Below are positions 37,171-48,429 of a stretch of 64,000 nt of DNA, in pieces; within the stretch, counting starts at the first letter, position 1, and every line of letters starts with the position of its first letter. A model generated the notes under the pieces. It was given only the letters and a program-made list of their open reading frames with translations, ran no database searches and had not been told where the DNA came from. Position numbers and translations under genes: made by a program. The DNA is from Phallusia mammillata (Eukaryota), in the NCBI GenBank assembly GCA_965637545.1, contig OZ281501.1, forward strand, positions 19,034,001 through 19,098,000. Reading direction: 5' to 3'.

Positions 37171-40100
37171 GCACATTTATTTCTCCGTGATCTTTATCAA
37201 TCTCTTCTTACATATCAAAATTTTGAAATTCGGCTGTACACAAAATGAAAGTAACGATATAGAGAACATAAAAATACATTATGATGTGCGCTTTGTAATC
37301 AGTGTTTGGGTTGTGTTTCACCAGTCAATTTTCAGCGCATTTTAGTCAGGATTTGAAGGCGCCATTGAAGGCGCCATTGAAGGCGCCATACCGAATCAGC
37401 CGGTCACCAACGAGTAGACTAGAAAAAAGAGCCATTCTTGGTAAACTAAACACGAATCGACCCTGCGTTTTTACAAAAGATAAATCGATTTTAATACCAG
37501 CACAATGCATGATGAGGCTGTGTATAATAACAACAACGTTATAATTATTGCTTTACAGGCATTTTTTCGTCTGAATAACATTACTTCAATCTTTGCCTGT
37601 TACAGAACCCTTACAACGAGCACAAATTAACCAAAGAATATGTTTTTAATGTAACCTGACATAAGACAGGTTTCATTGATCTCTTATTTCCAACTACTGG
37701 ATAATTACGAAAGCCACTGCGCTGCCGAATGGTTGGAGGCTCCGTTCCATGCTCTAAACGTCGCGTGTTCAAATCCCTCAAAATTCGAAGTTTTTTTAAA
37801 AAACACAGCAAGTGACAAAATTTTGAATGTTAATAATCACCTAATGCATGATAAGTTCATGAATAGTAACGTCTCTCAATTTTTTTCATGTTAGTTTTTG
37901 CGTCTGAATAACGTTACTTCAACTTGTCCATGTAAAGCTCTTACAAACAAGCAAAGTTTAATGTGTAGAGTATTAGTGACATAATCAGTCTTGGTCTCTT
38001 CAATTTGCAAACTTGTTGCAAACAGGCACGCTCTACTTGTTTCTTTCCGCGGGAGGTGATTGGCTGGTCAGAACACGTGACTGCTTGATTGAGCAAACGA
38101 GAACTCCGCAGGCATCAGCTGAATTGGGGATTCCGAAGCTGACTTGCAGGGGCGCCAAGGTTGATATAAAAGCAAAGAGCTGATTCCACGCGCTTTTAAA
38201 CACGTTTTCCTGGGAGCGGATGATAGAAGCTGCTCGTAAGTTTGGGTTGAATAAATAAGATATGTGGTGTTAGATGTTGTTATACATAAACGCCATAGTA
38301 TATTTACATACACGTTGTAACATAGGGTATTTACGGTATTGTTTTAATGTATAAGTTTAAATACCAAACAGTTTAGTGATTACTTATATAGTGGTGTGTT
38401 TTAATCTCCGAACTGTATAATCTAATCATGTACACGTTGTGACAAAATATATTTGATATAGTTTATTAAATAAATAGGTTGGCAACCGAATTAACTAATT
38501 ACTGCATAGTTATTGAACTCAAACGTGTGGTGGACTGTTCCATCGAGAAACATGCATCTTATCATATGCGCGTTATAACGTAAAGTATATTAGGTATAGT
38601 TTGAATATATAAAGTTAAAACCGAATAAATTACTGATTATCATATATAGTTGTGCGAGTTATCAAACGTAACGTGTAGTAAACTGTCGCTTTTACAAACT
38701 GTATTGACAGTGTAGTTGGTTTAGGAATGAATAGCTAGCTTCCTAGTTAGCTTATCAGAGCGGTTGGTAGCAATCCTTGTAAGCTTTGGGAAACAAATGC
38801 TTTTGCCTTAGGTTAATTGGTTTCTGTGTTTTATGCCTTTTCGAAACTGCCGACGTGAAGCAACTGTCTTTAACTGAATGCTCGAGTGATGCTGTTTGTA
38901 GTTGTGCGTTTTTTCTTCCCACTGTTAAAGTTAATTTCTCTTAAAAGCAGCACTACGCTCGTTTTCAATATATTAAGATCAGGCCACACTCGTTTATGAA
39001 TTAGCATATGCCAGGTTTATATGAGGCTTCATACCGAATTAGATGCTTGGGAGACCGGATTTACTCGGTATAACGCCTGCAATATGTCTCGCGTGATCTA
39101 TTTCTATTACAGAGTAACAATTTATTTTGTCACTATAACTAGAGAAATCTATTAATAATCGTAATGCAAGTTTATAGTGCATATGCACAATTTATTTCGT
39201 TACTTTAAATATCTTGAATTTTTGATATTTACTTAACACTAATTGCAACTTGCATATTTTTCAGCTGTTACGTCACAATATCGTGATTGATGACGATGGC
39301 ACTGTATGGCGTCATAGTGACAATACCGGTTTGTTAATTGTTTCTGCTCGGGACGATTTTAAAACACTTAGGGACTTACCCAGAACCTTGTTTTGTTTTT
39401 ACTATTTTTTGTTTACTTTTATTCTCTCCCCTTTTATTCTTTTTTATTCTGAACTTGTTTTTTTCGCCGCATTATATAATATCGAGGGTGTGCACGACCC
39501 TTTATATTATTTTTGCGGATTTTTTAAACAAGGTTTCTGGGTTACTTACTACGCGCATAAACGGCCTCTTTACTTAATTTATAAACGTTTAATCTTAAAG
39601 CGAACAACGGCATTTCAGAATAGTTTAACTCTAAAACCGGTTTTGTCACACTAAATGACAACCATGCAACCATCCAACGGACCTGAACGGAACTGAAGCC
39701 CCAGTGGTGAGTTTTAGAAGGGCAACTGGTTTTCGTTTTGTCGCATGCGGGCGTTGGTGACAAACCTTGTATTGATGGAAGTTTCAATTTATATAATGAA
39801 CACGTCTGTTAAGGACAATTGTATAGGTTTTGTTTAAGTCTTCAGCGGGCGTATTTGCCCGCAAGGCAATTTTTTTCATGGCACGCCAAACGATTTGTGC
39901 GTTTATATTAGAGTGCGTATATTTATTAGCTACATTAGAGTTTTATTAAATAAATAACGTTCCATGTATGATACTTGGGACTTTGTAAGAATTGTTAATT
40001 TGTCTGCAGCTGAGTGGAGACGCCGGGATAAGAAAGGGACGATGATCAGATTCGTATATCCGGACCAAAGGAGTTGACTGGAGTTGATCAACCATCAAAT

Positions 40101-42730
40101 CAGCAAGCACCAGGAGGAGGTTAATATGTTTGTTTTGTCGCTGGAGTGACGTAACCATTAGTGACGTCATGTTGGTTACGTCATCCATCCCCCCTTATTT
40201 AAAAGAACCTTATTCCCTTCTGATGATGCCTATTACCGCATAGGTGAAATATTTGTTTGTGTGCCTGTATTGATTAAACGGTGAATGATTTCAAAAAAGT
40301 TTTCAGTTTGTAATGATACGCGACTGTTTTCTCCATCTCACGTACTGAGTCTCTGGCGACTCGTGATTATACAATAAACTACACAGTTTAGGAGGATAAT
40401 AGGTCTACTACAAAATTTTGTTGCGAGAAAAAGAGAGTCTTCTTATGTGAAATAACTTTCTACGTTTGTTGCACATTGCTGTGTTTAAAACGTTGTTGAT
40501 TTGTCTGCAGCTGCGTGAGACGACAGGATGGTCCATCGGTCGAATCCGGATCTACAGGAGTTGACTAACGAATCAGCAAACATCAGAAACAACGACATCA
40601 GGAAAGTAACGAGGTAACTTTGTTGAAATGAATCTTAACTTGTACGCCAGGCTTAATATAGATGTTGTATGAAACCAACGCGCACATCCATGCATTTTTA
40701 TATGGGGAAGCGTGAAGTGGAAAAATCTAGCCTGCGGTGGGATTCGAACCCATGATGTGTGTTGTTCTTTAAATCACAGTTTTTATAAATTAACCACATA
40801 GGTTTTTTGCAAGCGCTAGGAAGCAAAGCACGAAAATACGGTTCGTAACAGACATGCAAAACACACTACATTTTTCAACCTACCCATGTTGTCAAACCCA
40901 GTCGTGTTGCCCTTCGCGCCGCTCGCTTCTCCAGTGAGATCACAACTTTTGTGTCACTTATTAGTCGTCTTAAAGTTAGTCTACTTCACTTAACCTACGT
41001 TCCCAATATACGTATGTATTACCGTTCCCAATATACGTATGTAGTACCGGTATAACGCCTTCAACAGGCCTGGTGTACTGTGATTTATGAATGAGTGTGC
41101 CGTGATCGCTGGTCTGCAAGGACGCTTCAGGGCTGATCCCAGTAGGAATGTATTCAACTTTATTTGTACCATTCTCTATAGATTTTATGTGCGAATTCAA
41201 AAATACAAGTTAGCATACCAGTGATTGATGTATTACTAGGCATTCCAACTACCTTTGCAGTTTATGAACTTTCCATGTAACTTATAATAGTCGCAGGCTT
41301 AGCACAAGTACAACTTTACATTTATTTCCAGGAACTGCACCACATTTACTTGGATTACGCAAGAAACAACTCAATCATCGAACAAGGAACTTAAATTCCG
41401 ATAAGACAGGTTTCGAGTCTGTCGTGTAATTTACCAAAGTCGTTCAAACAAAATAATTTAAATGTAACTCCATACTTTTAATATAATTTCATGACATGAT
41501 AGTAGTTTTTACTTTATAGACTCTATTGTAGATTTTTTAATATTTTATAAACTCTTAATTTTCATCTCCCGTAATCGGGTTTTGCTTTCATAACTTGGAC
41601 GACATAAAATGCACGACAAACTCTTTTCATGTGTTTGGGTAACTAATGTGTTTAGGCTATTTGTTGTTGTGTTAAATTTGTTTAGACTAATTAATTGGGA
41701 ATTTAAAGGGGGGACCACGATGGCGTTTTTACTTGGTTAGTTTACAAAACCTCTACATTACCCCCCTTCACTAATATTAAGTTTTCTTTCGCCTTAATGG
41801 GATAATGTGTCATGAAAACTACTTGTTTGTAAGTTTACTCCCATATTTAATAAGTAAAGTTAATTTTAACGATATATTAATTCATTACTACGATGGTCCC
41901 TTCTATACCCTTCTTAAAAACTACCTTCGTTAAAAGTGTTATTAAACCATATCCAAATCTTTCAAACTTTAGACCTTAATTACATAATTATTTTATAAAC
42001 TATAGTTTTTTGCTCCCTTACATCCAACGTAACGTTAATGCCCAGTTGCAGTCGTTGACTTTACGCCTTTGTAATTGAACCACGGTTTTAAACCAGATTC
42101 TTTTCCTTATCTTAAAAACAGACTTAAATTTTCACCCATCCAATCTTAGTTTAGTCTTTCATGTATATAATAACTTTACTAATCGCCATTACTATTCCTA
42201 GATTCCAATATGCACAACTGCAGTTTTAAAAGGTTACCAGCGAGGATTGATCAGCTAAATGATGTCAAATAATAATCATTCTATTCGCTTTGTTTTAATT
42301 ACGATTCAAACAACCATTTATCCAAGGTACTTGATCCACCAGTTTTTACGTTTTTAAATCGAATATTATGGGTAATAGAATGATAAGGTAATGGGATACC
42401 CGGAAACCTTGTTTCATGATCTATTTTTTATTTACATTTACTTCACTTCTCTTTTATTCTTTACATTCCTTGTATTTTTTTCGCCGCATTATATAATATC
42501 GAGGGTGTGCACGGCCCTTTATATTATTTCTGCGGATTTAAACAAGGTTCCGGGTTTATTATTTGCGCATAAACTGTAATATTAACTTTGATAAAACGTA
42601 ATTACGTCTTTACCGCAACCTCGCATAGTTTACTTTCTGTTGGACCATCAAAATTCGACAAAACTTGGCTACACGCCATTACCGGGTGCTATTGGCCTTG
42701 CCTTTGCACTCCGGGCTGCGCCGTCGTTGT

Positions 42731-42990
42731 CTAATATTTGCGAACCTCTTGCCTCTGGACGCCCGACACGGCGTGCGTCTTGGTGAGATGGTCAGTATAC
42801 TCCTGGTATGGTGTTTTTGTCAACGGCTGGTCGCGCCACAGGTCAGGGGTCAAGTAGCTGTACGTCTTCGAGATGGCATTGAACGTGGCCTTGGCAAAGT
42901 TTCCCAGCGTGGCGGTCTGTCCAGCGGCAGATGTGTAACAATCTTCCAAACCAGCCATACTCAACAGCTTTTTGGGTACTGGAGCTGACA
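42731..42990 (-). pseudogene. RPS2: 40S ribosomal protein S2 (uS5) C-terminal fragment, intronless insertion
   Basis: [51 protein letters not shown]...PYQEYTDHL is the RPS2 C-terminus. It is GC-richer than its flanks and absent from the homologous sites at ~10260 and ~22455. Confidence 0.9.
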
Positions 42991-43074
42991 TTTTGTATTT
43001 GTATCCCTTTGTGACACCAGTAGCCATGTTTTTAATATGACTGCAAATTGTGCGCACACATGACAGGTCCTTGC

Positions 43075-43198
43075 GTTATAGTAGGGGAATTGCCTTAAGC
43101 GCCTTTTCCTTCCCCTAACACTTTACATCATAGTAGGGGAATTCCCTAAAGCGCCTTTTCCTCCCCTAACACGTTACGTCAAAGTAGGGGAGTTCCTG
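43075..43198. promoter_or_regulatory. Third kB/CRE array (3 units; 5' part replaced by the RPS2-containing insert)
   Basis: GGGGAATTGCC at 43084, GGGGAATTCCC at 43136, GGGGAGTTCC at 43187. Confidence 0.55.
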
Positions 43199-43443
43199 TT
43201 TGCTCAAGAAAACACAAGTTGGCGCCCTATTAATTTTTCAACTTATTTCCTTTTCAGTGAGGTTTTGTATTCTACCTGGTAAACCGCCCTAGTAGTTAAG
43301 CGTGTGTGTGTTGTGAGGGTTTTAATACTTAACGTTTAAATTTATGTATGTTTTTATTTGCAAATAGTTTTGTTAACACTCGTGTATGTATGTTTAAATA
43401 TATTTGTTTGTTTTTAGTTTTTTGATAACAGTAGAGGTATGTT

Positions 43444-43478
<35 letters not shown>

Positions 43479-44399
43479 TTGTGTTACTGTTTTTACTAGG
43501 AGTTTATCCCCGTTTGTATAGGCTTAATTGATTGTAGCTGTAATATTTGTTCATATATATATATATCTGTTTCAGTAACAGATATATGTGTCTATATCTG
43601 TTGCTGATTTACAGTGACAGATGTAAATATATGTTTATGATGTTTTTGTGTATTTTTATTATTGTTAACGCTGTTTAATTTACTTGCGCCAGTCTGTTTT
43701 CCTCGTTTCGGTTGTAGTTCTGCACCGAACGAGGGTTTCTCTACTGCCTTAGATGAAACCCATTGCGTGGGTTGACACCTTGACGTGGTGCAATGGCTTT
43801 CAAACCAAGATCAACCTGCAGAACACAGTGTTTTCCCAGTTTTCATTCCCAAATATTTATTTTGTTCTTACCCTTTGCGCGTTTTGGCTGTTGGGCAAAA
43901 AATAAGTTTGTTTTTTATATTCCTTTACACACTTTCCTCTACAGATACATATGCGACATTCGTGATGGCCTCAGATTTCGGGAAACTTCGGAAAAACTTC
44001 TTCGTGCCTTGGTTTCATTTATTTCTGCTTCATTTTTTAATGGACTTTGTTGTATCGCAATAAAATAACACTTACAAATGTAAAAACCACGCAGTTTACA
44101 CAGACAGAAAGTACCTATTTTGGCTGTTAAGGCAGAAAAAAGTAAAACATTGATAACTCAGTATTGCTCCATGTAACATTTAAATGGGGACCTATGCGTT
44201 ACTGCTACAACGAGAATTGACCTTATGTTTCCTGTTTCAGATTATTTGCGGTCACCCATGTGTTTCTGCTTGTGGCAAAAAGTAACGCATGGGTCTCCAA
44301 AAAACATGGCAAAAGCAGTAACACATGGGTCCCGTAATTAAAATAAGCAGAACTTTTACTAATTTTTTTAACTGACCCCAAACTTAAGAGAACCCTTAT

Positions 44400-45270
44400 C
44401 TAATAAACCAATGCTTTATCCAGTTAAACATAACTAAACCGATACCTAATTTAAATAAGCCCATACCTAATATAACAGAACTCGGGTTAAGATAACTAAA
44501 CTCTTATTTTAACAATGTAACTAAACCCATACCCACTTTAACATAACTAAAGCCATATCAGTTTAACATACCTAAACCCACTCATAACCTAGTATAACTA
44601 AACCCATACAACTTAACCCAGTTTAACTGAACATAACCCATAGATAACCTAAAACCTGAACCAACACTTACCCAATTTTACTGAACCCATACAACATAAC
44701 CCAAATTAACTTAACCCAGATTAACATAACATAAGCCATACTTCACCTAAAACTTCCAATTCATACCCATACTTAACCTAATTTAAATGAACCCAGTTTA
44801 ACAAAATTAAACTCTTACTGAACCTAATTAAAATGAACCCTTACCTAACCTTATGTAAGTAAACTCACACATAAACTAATTAAAATGAACCCTTGCCTAA
44901 TCCAACATAACTGAACTCCGGCATAACCAAACTTAACCTAGTCAAGTTTAGCAAAATACTTATACCTAAATAAAATAACTCAACTCATACATGCATACAT
45001 AAGCCAAATTGAACCTATATTTAACCCCACATAATTAAACCCATATCCAATGTAACATAACTAAATCGATACATAAGCTAAATTAACTGAACCCAGGTTA
45101 ACATTAGGCCTACTAAACGTATACTTTACCCAATTATGCTAGACCCTGATTTAACCTGCAACTAACCTAACATAACTAAACCATACCTTGTTTGCATAAT
45201 TCGAAACTTAACCCAAAAAGTCTTAACTTAATTTAACATAACTAAGCTCAATCATAACCTAGTATAACTA
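44400..45270. repeat. Degenerate A/C-rich short-period satellite (AACATAACTAAACCC-like)
   Basis: Strong strand bias and recurring aacct/aactaaaccc motifs, preceded by inverted repeats at 44187-44335. Confidence 0.7.
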
Positions 45271-46811
45271 CATCCATACGCAATTGACCTTGAGTCTTTT
45301 GCAGGTGACTTTGGCAAACACGATGGATGTGAGGAAGATGTTGATGGTGAGGAGAATCCCGGTCGGGAGGAGGAATCCGAATGAGAGAGAGGCGAGATGA
45401 AGCCAACACACGTGATGCAATCGGTAAGCGGATTCGAAGAATATATTGTCTGTGTGATGTCATAATAGTTTGTTATTAAACAAGCAAAAGGTTTTGATTC
45501 AATAGTAATAGACCTGTGGTTTCCGAACCGGGGAGGAATTTTTGTTTGTGATTAAAATATTAAACAAAGGATTTAATGCAAAACCTTGCAAAGGAGTTGT
45601 ATTGAACAAATGATCCCTAGCACACAAACAAAATTCCTTTGCATGCCATAAACCACAGGGAGCAACATTAGCATTTAATTCAAACCAGACATAATTGAAG
45701 GCACAATGTTCGTAAAATATACTTACTGTGAGGCTTGTATTTGGAGCTTTATTACCCAATTCTTCAGGGAGATCATAATTGTTTGTGATTAGAAAAGTAA
45801 ACAAGGTTTTGATTTAATAGTAATAGCTTAGATCTGTGGTTTCCGATCGGAAAGGAATTTTCAAACTTGAGGGGGGGAAACTTACGTGAATGGAAGTATG
45901 TAATAAAATTTTCTACAAATTTGAGATAAAATGAGTGATTGGGGAGCGCAGATAACTATTGAGTTGAGTTTATTTTGCTTGGTGAAAGGCAACATAGCGA
46001 CACAATTGCACTAAAACAATCACCAAGCTGGTAATGCTTTTCTACTACAAATGCTTTTCCACTACTGATTGCCTCATGTTGCCCCTACAATGTGTTTGTT
46101 ACGAGTTTTGTCTGTAGAATTGGGCGTTTTTAATTCAGTTTGATATTTAAAGGCGGTGTAAAAATGTCAAGGTATAATTTGCTCGATAATGAACAAAACA
46201 ATAGTTAATCCTGTGATTCTGAATCTTTTTGGGCACTTAATCTCCTCTTTAATCCTAATGCTCACCATCAAGTTAAATACAAATCAAATAAACTTTCATA
46301 GTACGCCAGGACCATTGAATACGAAATTACGAATCAAGCCAGTCAGCAAACATTCCCATACGGCAAAAATCTGAAGTCAACTTTGTTCAAATTTAATGCC
46401 TCATTCGAATCATTGATGACCAACTAAATCTCCTTGTATATGGTTAAACATTTTCGTCGCATATATCGTAACTTAAAACCTCCATAGTGCTGGGGGAAGC
46501 TAGAGCAATTTCCAAATGGACCACAAAGTTAACTGCGCCTGATATCTGCACATTAGCCTAAAAAAAAACTCTTCGTAACCAATAGTGAAAACGTATGTTA
46601 TAAAATCCCCGGTTTGTTATAGAGAGACCGCCAACTTCAACAGATTTTTTTAGTTTCGTTTCTGGGTATTTGGTTAGTTTATGGAGACGACAAGACCATG
46701 CTTTTGTCGCATGGTCGTCGCATGTTGAAGCGGGGAGGGGCCTCTACAACTTGGAAATAATTAAAAATCGCAAGATTAAAAAAATCCCTAAAAAACATTT
46801 TGCTCACTTAC

Positions 46812-46972
46812 ATATGAATTTAATGTTGCTGGATATTCCAGGTATGCGATGGCAAAGTCATTATTTATCATATGTCATTGAGTTATAACTGGAATGAGGC
46901 AAGAAGCTTGAAACGGAGATATTCTGTCCTGGCTCCTTCCAATTAATAGTTCCCAACACCGCTATAACGCCG
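46812..46972 (-). pseudogene. Decayed trypsin-like protease exon (Asp region)
   Basis: Paralogous to 12228-12384; cag/ and /gtaagt retained. Confidence 0.65.
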
Positions 46973-48429
46973 CTGCAAAACATAGAGAAAAAATCAGGCA
47001 ATATGTGCACGTCTGATTTTTGCTCGCTTGAATACGTCTGCAGCCAAGAAAAGCTGTAGTTACGTCATGTAGTTTGCAGCCAGACTCGATGGAAAGTCAT
47101 TTCTGCATAACTTACATATTACGCCTAGCTGTGGGAACATTTTTTTGTATGATATTACATGTATCTCTTTATTGTTATGTTTTATTATATCTTTACTGAA
47201 TTGTATCATACCACAATTGTTTTTTTCAGTTGTATAGAAGCACAACCAAGCATATTAGTTTTGCAAAAATTTTATTTTCACAAACGAAAACAACACAAAC
47301 TTAAATGTAGATTCGAATTCATCAGTTTATTTCAGCATACACATTACGCACGTCGTAGTTGGTTTAATACGCATTACGTCGTAGCTGGTTTAATACGCAT
47401 TACGTCATTGTTGGGTTAAACCAGTGTTTACTCGTGGAAGTGCCGAGGACAGCAAAACAGTTGTGTGACATTTGCGGTGGAACAATGGTGCTTTGTCTAC
47501 ACGAGCTGTTTACAGGTTCACCTTGTCTCACTGATATGAACATAGCGGCGTCTCAAGCAGATGTATGAATAAGGGATTGTCTTTCCAACAAATTATCGAT
47601 TACAGTGATGTGATTACGTCAGTTTGACATTAAGCAAGTCATTGTTTGTTACGGCGTCCTTTGCAACTCATGTTTACCCACAAGTTTGAGGTAGCGCAAC
47701 ATTTTCTGGCTTATTTACAGTTTGCCTGATGAAACACATGAACCAAGAAAGTATTTTTGCTCAATTACGTAACACTCGATATAACTTGAAATACATGCGG
47801 GATCAAATGCAACTTTGTTTGTTTACAAATCCAGTCAGCAGGCGATCTGCTCAAATTTTGCTGTAATATATTTGTTTTAACTTTATAGAGTTGATTTTTG
47901 CATTGTAAAGAACAGAGTTTCCCAAAGTTAGCTTGAAAAATATTTTCGGTCGCCGATTTTAGTAACGAAGTCTTCTACTTTTAATATTGATTTGCAGCCT
48001 TTATTTTTCCCACAGCTTAAGTCATACTTCCATGTTTATGACACACTTAAATCTTTTCCATAATTTAAAAACCTTTGACATATCACAATATTTGTAGCAG
48101 ACATTATTACAGTTTTACTTGGAGTAGTGTTAAATTCCAAAATCCCCAGAAACACAATCGAATTTAGTCACATTTGCAGTGTGAAAGACTAGCGTCGCTT
48201 TGTCGAAGTTATTTACAGGATTTCCCTCCAAATGCACTGACGTCATGGAACAAACACCGACAATGCGAGTAGTCGAAGAAATAGGCGATTGTTTCAGCAT
48301 CAGTTGCCATGATAACAGCACGAGAGCCGTTTTTGAAGAAAGGAGCCTTTTTTCTTGAGGCACTTTTGTCATTTTACAAATGCCTTCAAGTCACCAAAAA
48401 TAATCAGTTGCTTTTAGTCTTCGGGCAGG

